Shown here: in pieces, positions 56,149 to 64,000 of the stretch | Numbering within the stretch: the first letter of the stretch is position 1 | Layout of the letters: each line of letters starts with the position of its first letter | Assembly: GCA_020629315.1 (NCBI GenBank) | Contig: JAHDDO010000012.1 | Location: 5,952 to 69,951 of the forward strand | Reading direction: 5' to 3' | Source: Saprospiraceae bacterium | GTDB taxonomy: Bacteria; Bacteroidota; Bacteroidia; Chitinophagales; Saprospiraceae | DNA length: 64,000 nucleotides | Notes under the pieces: generated by a model | Database searches by the model: none | Told to the model about the DNA's origin: nothing | The model's input: the letters and a program-made list of their open reading frames with translations, nothing else | Made by a program: the position numbers and the translations under genes

Positions 56149-57474
56149 TTATCTCATCCGCTTTGCTTTGATCTCTAAATATTTATTAATCACATGTACC
56201 GACAATTTAGCAGGGCTCGTCAAAATGGATTGAATACCTAATTTATTTAATCGTCTAGCCATCACTTTCTTTTCCACTAAGGTGCTCCTGGCAAACGTTT
56301 GTGTGTAAATATCTGAACTAGATTTAGCCGCTGATTCACTAGCGGCTCTCAGAGCCGTATTTTCAAAGAAAATCACAATGAGAAGATGCCTTCTATTAAT
56401 AGCTTTTAAATAGGCTAATGAACGTTCCATATCGTAACTGTTTTCAAAATTCGTAAATAAAAACAGAATACTTCGTTGGCTTATTCTTCGCCTAATCGTC
56501 TGATGTAGCAATGATAAATTGGATTCCTTAAAATCAGTTTTCTCATTATACAAATGCTCTGCTATTCTATGTAACTGAGTCCCTTTATTCGATGCTTTAA
56601 GAAAGTTGCCAAAAATATGTGAAAAGCTTACTAGCCCAATTTTATCAAATTTCTTTAGAACAATATTACTAATGACCAGACTGGAATTGATGGAATAATC
56701 TAACAAAGTTAAGCCATCAAAAGGTTGTCTCATCGAACGTCCTTTATCAATAATGCAATACACTTGTTGTGATCTGGTGTCCTGATATTGATTTACCATT
56801 ATCTCATTCCTTCTAGAGGTGGCTTTCCAGTTTATAGATTTAATATTATCTCCTTGTGTATATGCTCTGATATGTTCAAACTCATCATTTTCTCCAACTC
56901 TCCGAATGCGCCTGATCCCTGCTTGTGTTGCGGTGCTAGCCATAGTCATCAATTCATACTTCTTCATTTGTAGGATTGAGGGAATCACTGAAATGCTTTT
57001 GGGGTAATCCTTTTTACTTCGGAGGGTAACAAAACCTGGAAATGAAAACGAAACAAAACCATATACATTACCAAAGTTATATTCGCCGCGTTCAGTGGGT
57101 CGTATTTGATAAGTAAGCGTTTCTTCATTACCTGCTTTTACTATCCATCCCTTCTCAAAATTTCTCTCTTGAATTTGATCAGGTAATTCATCGACAATAT
57201 CAATTTTTAAGCGCCGAGGAGATCCATTGATAATAGTATAATTAATCTCTTGTACGTCATGTAAACTCAAGGTATCAGGAACCGTTCGGACAATCGTATA
57301 CTGCCTAGTCAACCTGATCAGAGATATCCATTCAATAAGTACGATAAGAAACAGAATGGCCAAGGCTATTTTAGCTAAAGAAAACAGGACTGGAAATGTA
57401 TACGCCAATATGAAGATTAGGATCACAATCCCAATAGAAAGAAAAAAACGATATGTCAGAAATAAAGACTTCAA
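56149..57474 (-). CDS. DUF58-family protein (vWA-like partner of MoxR ATPases) with two N-terminal TM helices
   Basis: Signature HIRAYTQGDNIKSINWKATSRRNEIMVNQYQ and vWA-like QVYCIIDKGRSM. Its start abuts the moxR stop. Confidence 0.85.
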   Translation of the reverse strand: MKSLFLTYRFFLSIGIVILIFILAYTFPVLFSLAKIALAILFLIVLIEWISLIRLTRQYTIVRTVPDTLSLHDVQEINYTIINGSPRRLKIDIVDELPDQIQERNFEKGWIVKAGNEETLTYQIRPTERGEYNFGNVYGFVSFSFPGFVTLRSKKDYPKSISVIPSILQMKKYELMTMASTATQAGIRRIRRVGENDEFEHIRAYTQGDNIKSINWKATSRRNEIMVNQYQDTRSQQVYCIIDKGRSMRQPFDGLTLLDYSINSSLVISNIVLKKFDKIGLVSFSHIFGNFLKASNKGTQLHRIAEHLYNEKTDFKESNLSLLHQTIRRRISQRSILFLFTNFENSYDMERSLAYLKAINRRHLLIVIFFENTALRAASESAAKSSSDIYTQTFARSTLVEKKVMARRLNKLGIQSILTSPAKLSVHVINKYLEIKAKRMR

Positions 57475-58488
57475 TTACCTTGGAATCTCTAATGTTTTTA
57501 AAATCTCATCAAGAATACCAAAAGAACTCATCCCTTCAATTTCAGCATCCGGTGTTAGCAACACCCGATGATTTAAAATATGTGGAGCCACAAACTTTAC
57601 ATCATCAGGAGTTACAAAATCTCTTCCTTGGAACATTGCGGCTACTTTACTGCATCGCAGAATTCCTAAAGAGGCTCTCGGACTAGCACCAATGTAAAGC
57701 TTAGGGTGGTTCCTCGTTTCCTGTATGAGTTTAACTATATATCTCATTATATCATCCTCGACATATATTTTGGTAATTAATTGTTGAAATTGGCTTAGGT
57801 CTGCGACAGAAAGGGTCGGTTCTATTATAGACAAGTCAGGTTTCGATACGCTACCTTTAAACCGTTGGAGAATCAAAAACTCGTCCTCTTCTGATGGGTA
57901 ATCCATTACGATCTTCATCAAGAACCGATCAAGTTGTGCCTCTGGCAATTGGTATGTTCCTTCTTGCTCAATTGGATTTTGTGTTGCCACTACGAGGTAA
58001 GGCTCCTCCATCTGATATTCTACCCCATCAAACGTTATCTGACGTTCTTCCATAACTTCAAATAAAGCAGATTGGGTCTTTGCAGGGGCCCGATTAATTT
58101 CGTCAATAAGAATTACATTCGAAAATAAAGGCCCTTTTTTAAATTCAAAATTTCCGTCTTTCAAATTGTATACCGATGTTCCAAGGACATCAGCGGGCAT
58201 TAGATCAGGCGTAAACTGTATTCTTGAAAATTCAGTTTTCAATCCCTTAGCCACTACTTTGGCCCCTAAGGTTTTTGCAATACCTGGCACCCCTTCCAAT
58301 AAAATATGGCCATTGGAAAAAATACAAATCAGCATCAACTCAATAATGTCTCTTTGTCCCACTAATATCTTTTCAGACTCTTCGAGAAAACGTTCTATCT
58401 TTTGAGTGTATGGACTTAGATCCAGGGTTTCTCGCAATTCTTCCTGTTTATTGTCATGAGTGTCTTCATATAAATGGTCTTCCATCAC
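57475..58488 (-). CDS. MoxR-family AAA+ ATPase
   Basis: Walker A LLEGVPGIAKT, Walker B VILIDEINRAPAKTQSALFEVMEE, and VVATQNPIEQEGTYQLPEAQLDRF. Confidence 0.95.
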   Translation of the reverse strand: MMEDHLYEDTHDNKQEELRETLDLSPYTQKIERFLEESEKILVGQRDIIELMLICIFSNGHILLEGVPGIAKTLGAKVVAKGLKTEFSRIQFTPDLMPADVLGTSVYNLKDGNFEFKKGPLFSNVILIDEINRAPAKTQSALFEVMEERQITFDGVEYQMEEPYLVVATQNPIEQEGTYQLPEAQLDRFLMKIVMDYPSEEDEFLILQRFKGSVSKPDLSIIEPTLSVADLSQFQQLITKIYVEDDIMRYIVKLIQETRNHPKLYIGASPRASLGILRCSKVAAMFQGRDFVTPDDVKFVAPHILNHRVLLTPDAEIEGMSSFGILDEILKTLEIPR

Positions 58489-59696
58489 GCCATATTTTTA
58501 TAAAATGATTCAATATTACGATATACGTTGGCCAATTGCTGAACGCTAAATTCGGCTCTATTTTCTGCATTTTCGAAATCCCTGAAAATCGGTTCAAGGT
58601 CGGTCCATTCAATTCTAGATTTGCGAATAAGTCTAGATGTATAGGCAGGGTCTTTCGGATCTAAATAATATTTCTCCTTTATGGTATCGTAGAAAATGTC
58701 TCGCATCTTCAAAACCAACTTTCGATGCTGGGCTTGTTTTTCATACATACTAGAAATCGTCTCTACATATTCCATCGTTGTATTTTCATTCTTTTCGAGA
58801 ACTGGAATGATCCGTTGTTTCCTTTTACCACTAAACCATATATACAGACCCGCTAAAAGTAAGGTCAGATAATACGCCCACTTCAGGGGTGGACTGGCTA
58901 TTATAAACTGTAAAGGAGAATCGGCAATATCTCTTCCATACGGATTTGACGTGTGAAAGCTAGGATGATCAAAAATAATCCAATCTAGTGAGTCATAATG
59001 TATCACTGAATTGAAATGCTTGAGATAAGGATCATGTTGACCAAAGAAATTACTGAATAAATACGGTGCAGAATGATGCGCAATACGTCCTCCTAAATAA
59101 TCAAATTCATGAAAGATGACCACACTGTCCAAATATAGTTCTCGTCGCTTATTTTCCATGAACGAAAACTGGCTAGCCTTTCTCAGTCTTAGCATGGATT
59201 TTTGAAATGGAAAATCTTTGAATAAGGAATCACATGCAAATTGATCTCGTAAGCTATCTTCCTCATAATAATATAATTTGATTGAGTCTGAAAGAGGCAC
59301 GCCTCTATCATAACTTTGATTAAGATAGCTATCCATAGTCATAGCATCGGACAAAACCAAAAGATGATTTCCTTGCTCCACCCATCCTAATAAAGAATCC
59401 CTTTGATCTGCATTGTAATTGGCTGCCTTCCCGAACCGTATAAGCAAACATGAATCATCAATCAGGTCTAAATATGAAGTATCAATGCTATTCAATACGA
59501 CTTTTTCCGCCCCATATTTCTTTTCTACCAAACTTTTAAACAGATAGAACCCATACAATTCTTTTGAATCTAATCTATAATCTCGTATCGTATTAACATC
59601 CGGTATTTCGACTCGTTTAAATAGTAGCAAAAAGACCGTCAAGCCAAAGAGCCCAATACTGGCAAAGATGATATATAATACCGTATTGCTTTTCAT
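58485..59696 (-). CDS. DUF4350-like membrane protein (N-terminal TM, extracytoplasmic domain, second TM, cytoplasmic tail)
   Basis: TM helices VLYIIFASIGLFGLTVFLLLF and WAYYLTLLLAGLYIWF. Position upstream of moxR, with ATGA overlaps at both ends. The family call rests on architecture and context. Confidence 0.6.
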   Translation of the reverse strand: MKSNTVLYIIFASIGLFGLTVFLLLFKRVEIPDVNTIRDYRLDSKELYGFYLFKSLVEKKYGAEKVVLNSIDTSYLDLIDDSCLLIRFGKAANYNADQRDSLLGWVEQGNHLLVLSDAMTMDSYLNQSYDRGVPLSDSIKLYYYEEDSLRDQFACDSLFKDFPFQKSMLRLRKASQFSFMENKRRELYLDSVVIFHEFDYLGGRIAHHSAPYLFSNFFGQHDPYLKHFNSVIHYDSLDWIIFDHPSFHTSNPYGRDIADSPLQFIIASPPLKWAYYLTLLLAGLYIWFSGKRKQRIIPVLEKNENTTMEYVETISSMYEKQAQHRKLVLKMRDIFYDTIKEKYYLDPKDPAYTSRLIRKSRIEWTDLEPIFRDFENAENRAEFSVQQLANVYRNIESFYKNMA

Positions 59697-60385
59697 AACT
59701 CTAGTGCTAAAAAGGATTCATAGTCTTTATCCAAATAGTCATAGGTCGTTTTATCTATTTGAGTATTACCATACCAAATCATTTCATAAACCTGAGTCAG
59801 CTTCTTAAATGGCATAAACTGATCATGAACTCTCATTTCAAACAGATAATCTCTATTTGTTTTTTCAAAAGCCCAGTCAATATATCCTCTTTCGTTAATC
59901 CGTTTAAGTACATGCAAAAACCTATACCTTATTGCCAATCTATAATCTTCATTTTTTAATGCTATGTCCAATGCTGTTTCAGGCATGAACGCCTCTATGT
60001 CGTCTTCCCGAATATCATCGGCATGTATAGATACTTGGCGATTTAATGAGATATTCTTGAATATAAAATATAGAATGATCACGACCAGAATGCCTCCTAA
60101 AATAACCGCCAATTGATTGGCGAAAGTAAAGTTGGGAGAAAAATCATTTGCTATCCTATCTTTGACATTCCTTTCTTTCGCTTTAGGGATAAAGCGTTCT
60201 TTTAAAACCCATGTTTTTTTTGTCTTCTCAAAGCGGACTTCATTAGAAAGCTCCTGGAATTCTGTTTCAGAAATAAGGTCTTGCCCCAATGTTAGCATTG
60301 GAACACAAGCCAAAAAAAACAATAGTATGACTGCTTTAACTTTCAAAAATGTTCTGCCGTTTCTTTCCCAAAAGATTTGTGCCAT
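59693..60385 (-). CDS. DUF4129-like protein (signal/anchor, TM, cytoplasmic helical C-terminal domain)
   Basis: C-terminal LKNEDYRLAIRYRFLHVLKRINERGYIDWAFEKTNRDY resembles DUF4129. A TTG at 60346 would give MKVKAVILLFFLACVPML... and a TTGA stop/start overlap with the upstream gene. That start is probably the true one, rather than the ATG at 60385, which overlaps by 43 nt. Confidence 0.6.
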   Translation of the reverse strand: MAQIFWERNGRTFLKVKAVILLFFLACVPMLTLGQDLISETEFQELSNEVRFEKTKKTWVLKERFIPKAKERNVKDRIANDFSPNFTFANQLAVILGGILVVIILYFIFKNISLNRQVSIHADDIREDDIEAFMPETALDIALKNEDYRLAIRYRFLHVLKRINERGYIDWAFEKTNRDYLFEMRVHDQFMPFKKLTQVYEMIWYGNTQIDKTTYDYLDKDYESFLALEL

Positions 60386-62166
60386 TCTTTAAGATCAAAG
60401 GCTTCTTTTTTACAAAATTCTGAATAATAAATATTTAGAATGAAGTAATATGCGAGTGGTAAGAAGACAATAAAAATACTACTGCACAAAAAATGAAATA
60501 TAAAGGATACTTCTACAAAATGTTGATCGAATACTTGGTGCCACGTAAAGTATTCAGTCACAATTAGGTTTGACAAAGAAGCACTGAAAAAGAAGATCAA
60601 CGCTAATAAAACAACCAAAATTCCGGCAGCTGGCAGGTACGAAAGATAATACCCAAAATTTCGTTTGTAAAGATTCAATACCTGCATACCGTTTATTGTT
60701 TTTTCCTCTGCTATTTGATCAAATAAAATGAATAAAAATGGAGGACTGGCAATAAGCAATGCTAAAAACTGTAACCATCCATCAAAAAAATAGAAAGCAC
60801 TTATTACAAATGCTGTAAATGGCAGCGTAATAAAGAATTGGCTTCTTATTCTGGTGAATAAAGCTAATATGCCGCCTACATTCTGATAGTGAACGGCAGC
60901 CAATACGTGCAACAAATAATTTACTGAAATGGTCAACAAAAGAAACCAAACGTATTGACCATAGGTAAAACTAAATAGTGCATAATCATCTAACAATCTA
61001 CTTGCCCCTTCATGTTGTGCCGGTATTTGCCAAGCAAACATCAAGGTGATGAAGAGTAATACCGGAATGCCCCCAAATCTTAAGTATTTAAATACTTGAA
61101 TACCATACAACCAAATAGCAGTACTCAGATTATTCCCAAGGGAGCGAAGCGCCATCTTAGTGTAGGTCCTATTTTCTTCAATTGAGGGGCTTATGGAAAC
61201 CGACGAATACCGTAAACCTCTCTTATGGGCGATATAAGGATAATACACGAATAGAAATAGGATAAAAACCAAAGAAAGAATAATTATTCCCAACTTCAAT
61301 AGTGCAGGGAATTCAGTGTGTCTGGTAAGAAAAGACTCAAATAACCCCGCAATAATAAATAAAGGCACCGTTCCCATAAAAATGCGCAAGCCTCGTTTTG
61401 CAGAAATTTGCAGTGATTTCTTTCGGCTATATGTGCCTGGGAATAGTAGACCGTTACCCATTACAATCCCTGCGGCACCGGCTATAATTATGGCAGAAAT
61501 CTCTATAGTGCCATGAATCCAGATAGTGAGAAAGCTAGTTGCAAATAGACCTTTATTATAAAAAAAGTATTGAAAGGTACCCAGCATGATACCATTAAAC
61601 ACTAAGACTAAATAGGTAAACACACTTCCGAAAAAACCTAAAGCAAAGGCTAACATGGCCACCCTGATGTTATTAATCGTAATGCCAAAAAACATACCTG
61701 CTGCATCTTCATCTTTATACACTCGCATGGGGTCGCCATCATTTATATTAGCTTCTGTCATAGCCACATAATCATCGCCTATGATTAATGCCGTAAAACC
61801 TGGGTTATGTTTACTAGATAATGCGCCAATAAATACGGCTAAGGAGAAGACTAAAAATGATAAGAAAAGCTGTTTTCTAGAATGGTATATCTCAGCAGGA
61901 AGTATAGTTTTAAAAAAATCACTAATAGCCACAAAAACGCTTTGTTTTTCTTTTCGCACGAATTCATTGTAGGCTCGTTGCGTAAGATCATTTAGGTAGG
62001 TTCTTACAGATCGGTTTGGATAAAAGGACCTCGCGTACGATAAGTCGCTAGACACTTTCACAAATAGCTGCTGAATCTTATCCGCATCCTTGATGGGATG
62101 CGTAAGAAGCTGTTCCATTTCCTTCCAGGTACCTTGATTACGTTCTATAAACTCAGATTCGGTCAA
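60343..62166 (-). CDS. SpoIIM-like (stage II sporulation protein M family) polytopic membrane protein with an extra C-terminal multi-TM half
   Basis: The N-terminal cytoplasmic helix bundle MTESEFIERNQGTWKEMEQLL, plus VAMLAFALGFFGSVFTYLVLVFNGIMLG and IHGTIEISAIIIAGAAG, are typical of SpoIIM-like proteins. Residues from about 340 to 607 add roughly six more TM helices. TTG start. Confidence 0.65.
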   Translation of the reverse strand: MTESEFIERNQGTWKEMEQLLTHPIKDADKIQQLFVKVSSDLSYARSFYPNRSVRTYLNDLTQRAYNEFVRKEKQSVFVAISDFFKTILPAEIYHSRKQLFLSFLVFSLAVFIGALSSKHNPGFTALIIGDDYVAMTEANINDGDPMRVYKDEDAAGMFFGITINNIRVAMLAFALGFFGSVFTYLVLVFNGIMLGTFQYFFYNKGLFATSFLTIWIHGTIEISAIIIAGAAGIVMGNGLLFPGTYSRKKSLQISAKRGLRIFMGTVPLFIIAGLFESFLTRHTEFPALLKLGIIILSLVFILFLFVYYPYIAHKRGLRYSSVSISPSIEENRTYTKMALRSLGNNLSTAIWLYGIQVFKYLRFGGIPVLLFITLMFAWQIPAQHEGASRLLDDYALFSFTYGQYVWFLLLTISVNYLLHVLAAVHYQNVGGILALFTRIRSQFFITLPFTAFVISAFYFFDGWLQFLALLIASPPFLFILFDQIAEEKTINGMQVLNLYKRNFGYYLSYLPAAGILVVLLALIFFFSASLSNLIVTEYFTWHQVFDQHFVEVSFIFHFLCSSIFIVFLPLAYYFILNIYYSEFCKKEAFDLKEWHKSFGKETAEHF

Positions 62167-62191
62167 GCCAAAATGAATTTATACTAAGCTA

Positions 62192-62199
62192 CAAAATTA
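62192..62199 (-). promoter_or_regulatory. Candidate -7 promoter box (TAnnTTTG) for the SpoIIM-like/MoxR operon
   Basis: The minus strand reads TAATTTTG, ending 25 nt upstream of the TTG start at 62166, within the 54-nt divergent intergenic region. Confidence 0.35.
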
Positions 62200-62220
62200 T
62201 CTTACTTATCTTGAGACTAC

Positions 62221-62931
62221 ATGAAGACTATAGAAGTTAAGACGGCTCATAATATTACTATACAGTACCACTTAGCTACTGCTACAGATAGAATTCTTGC
62301 TTTTGCAATTGACGGATTTATTTTATCTATCTATGTTTTGCTTATGTCTGCTATTTTTCACAGAAATAGTTTCTTCCTGTATCTGTTTTCTACTGTCGGT
62401 GCAATGCTTTATCATTTACTTTTTGAAATGTTTAATAATGGACAAAGCATAGGGAAAAAACTCATGAGAATTAAAGTTATATCCGTGAGAGGTCAATCAC
62501 CAGAAAAACAAGAATTTCTGTTGAGGTGGATCTTTAGGATCATTGATATAACATTAACCATTGGCAGTTGCGCTATTTTATCCATTATTAGCAATAGTAA
62601 AAATCAAAGAATTGGCGATTTGTTAGCTAATACAACCGTCATCAAAATCATTTTGGGCCAATCTCATCCCCTAGATAGTTTACAAAAGTTAGGGACAAGT
62701 TCATATGAAGCTAAATATCCTGCGCTAAAAAAATTTAATGACCATGATATGCTTTTAGTCAAGGAAAGTCTGAACAGAATGAAGAAATACCCATCTGTAG
62801 AAAATCAAAAAATGATCAATACATTAAGCGCTGAATTAGCATCCGTTGTGGGAAAAGATGTAAAGGAGATCAGAAATAAAGATCAATTCCTTACTGAACT
62901 TTTAGAAGATTATATTTTGTCTACTCGATGA
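62221..62931 (+). CDS. RDD-family membrane protein
   Basis: ATATDRILAFAIDGFILSIYVL ... NGQSIGKKLMRIKVI ... RIGDLLANTTVI. Divergent from the MoxR operon. Confidence 0.8.
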   Translation: MKTIEVKTAHNITIQYHLATATDRILAFAIDGFILSIYVLLMSAIFHRNSFFLYLFSTVGAMLYHLLFEMFNNGQSIGKKLMRIKVISVRGQSPEKQEFLLRWIFRIIDITLTIGSCAILSIISNSKNQRIGDLLANTTVIKIILGQSHPLDSLQKLGTSSYEAKYPALKKFNDHDMLLVKESLNRMKKYPSVENQKMINTLSAELASVVGKDVKEIRNKDQFLTELLEDYILSTR

Positions 62932-62933
62932 TC

Positions 62934-63821
62934 TTAGGCAAACTTCTTAGCAATGACTAGTTCCTTTCCTTCTCCTGAATAATCATAGAAACCGATCCCC
63001 GACTTTCTACCCGTTTGGCCAGCTGTTACCATATTTACTAATAACGGACAAGGTGCGTACTTTGCTTCTCCAAAACCATTAAATAAGACTTCCATGATCG
63101 CAAGACACACATCCAATCCTATAAAATCCGCTAATTGTAGTGGACCCATTGGATGCGCCATGCCCAATTTCATTACTTGGTCGATTTCTTGGACACCAGC
63201 TACCCCTTGATATAAGGTATATATCGCTTCATTGATCATTGGCATTAATATTCGGTTAGCAACGAAACCTGGATAATCATTTACCTCTACAGGTACCTTA
63301 TCTAGGTTCTTTGACATATCCATTATGGTTTGTGTAACCTCATCCGATGTTTGATAAGCTCTAATGACTTCAACCAACTTCATTACAGGCACAGGATTCA
63401 TAAAATGCATCCCAATCACTTGTTCAGGTCGTTTAGTAGCCGCCGCAATTTTTGTTATAGAAATAGATGATGTGTTGGTAGCTAGAATACAATCATCCTT
63501 ACAGATTTCGTCAAGTTGTTTGAACAATGAAATCTTAATATCCACATTTTCACTAGCTGCTTCTACTACAAGATCCGCATCAAAAACGGCTTCTTGCAAA
63601 TCCGTTGTAACGGTTATATTTTCAAGACTTTGATCCGATTTTTCCTTAGAGATCTTTTCTTTAGCCACCATTCTCCAAAGATTCTTCTTTATGTTTTCAA
63701 TGGCTCTAGTTAGGGCATCATCCGATAAATCACAAAGTTTTACAGAATACCCATGCATAGCAAAAACATGCGCTATCCCATTTCCCATTGTACCTGCCCC
63801 AATAACAGCAATTTTGTTCAT
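62934..63821 (-). CDS. hbd: 3-hydroxybutyryl-CoA dehydrogenase (3-hydroxyacyl-CoA dehydrogenase family)
   Basis: Rossmann motif IAVIGAGTMGNGIA, plus TNTSSISIT, GMHFMNPVPVMKLVEV and DYPGFVANRILMPMINEA. Confidence 0.9.
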   Translation of the reverse strand: MNKIAVIGAGTMGNGIAHVFAMHGYSVKLCDLSDDALTRAIENIKKNLWRMVAKEKISKEKSDQSLENITVTTDLQEAVFDADLVVEAASENVDIKISLFKQLDEICKDDCILATNTSSISITKIAAATKRPEQVIGMHFMNPVPVMKLVEVIRAYQTSDEVTQTIMDMSKNLDKVPVEVNDYPGFVANRILMPMINEAIYTLYQGVAGVQEIDQVMKLGMAHPMGPLQLADFIGLDVCLAIMEVLFNGFGEAKYAPCPLLVNMVTAGQTGRKSGIGFYDYSGEGKELVIAKKFA

Positions 63822-64000
63822 TGTTCAAATTTTGCATGAATTTAAGCAAATTAGACTAGGAAAAGGATCGTGCTTATTAGCTTTACACATTAATTTTTTG
63901 GATGATATTAATTATTGAGTCAGGGGCAAGCAATATAAAAGCGATGGTCTTAGATAAGTCCAGAAATAGGAAACAAATCTGGACTGACCTTGGTCTTAAT

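Noticed and set aside
60311-60318. Homopolymer tracts as possible phase-variation switches: the A8 run at 60311-60318 inside the DUF4129 signal-peptide region, and the A9 run at 28555-28563.
   Set aside because: The A9 run is explained as the terminator U-tract. The A8 run simply encodes Phe-Phe-Leu in a hydrophobic helix. I have no evidence of length variation, and the tracts are short for slipped-strand switching.
63950-64000. Open minus-strand frame running into the window end (...IKTKVSPDLFPISGLI, stop at 63950-63952), possibly the 3' end of a gene beyond the window.
   Set aside because: Only 16 codons are visible, which is too short to separate from chance or to assign a product.

Overview
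AT-rich chromosomal window that looks like Bacteroidota, judged from gliding-motility gldA/F/G genes, many T9SS C-terminal sorting domains, a PorP/SprF gene, the ftsX-DUF3098-uppP-truB arrangement and TAnnTTTG-type promoter boxes. It is densely coding. I count about 50 credible CDS, one tRNA-Arg(UCG) and several clear intrinsic terminators. I saw no rRNA, CRISPR array, transposase, integrase or prophage genes.

Gene content, left to right:
- A 5'-truncated giant adhesin with a type B T9SS CTD, its adjacent PorP/SprF partner, and lepB.
- An S8 protease with a T9SS CTD.
- A propeller-type sensor kinase, a multi-SLBB Wza-like exporter and a DegT aminotransferase.
- An LPS-core group: an OM barrel, waaA and a heptose-7-P kinase.
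- More T9SS cargo, then a divergent pair of a coiled-coil protein and an 11-mer-repeat protein.
- An ECF sigma factor, a membrane-anchored beta-barrel protein and a lipoprotein.
- A thioesterase and lipB, a redoxin-dockerin fusion, and a TPR/PD40/SPOR protein.
- A long minus-strand array: ftsX, DUF3098, uppP, truB, gldA, gldF, gldG, DUF4340, a PLC-like protein and DUF368.
- A second giant SprB-like adhesin (1336 aa) with an internal 693-nt tandem block duplication, next to a Hanks-type kinase.
- Two more T9SS cargo genes and an orphan CTD remnant beside the tRNA.
- fdhD plus a YdeP-like molybdoenzyme.
- A tightly coupled membrane-anchored MoxR module (SpoIIM-like, DUF4129, DUF4350, MoxR, DUF58, with a divergent RDD gene), then hbd.

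The best candidate for an uncharacterised system is the MoxR module. Secondary curiosities:
- The ECF-linked hybrid protein that combines an inner-membrane anchor with an OM-barrel-like domain.
- A convergent and probably antisense arrangement at the 3' end of the second adhesin gene.
- The head-to-head start codons of ftsX and its neighbour.

All functional calls come from motif recognition by eye in the supplied translations. No database search was run.
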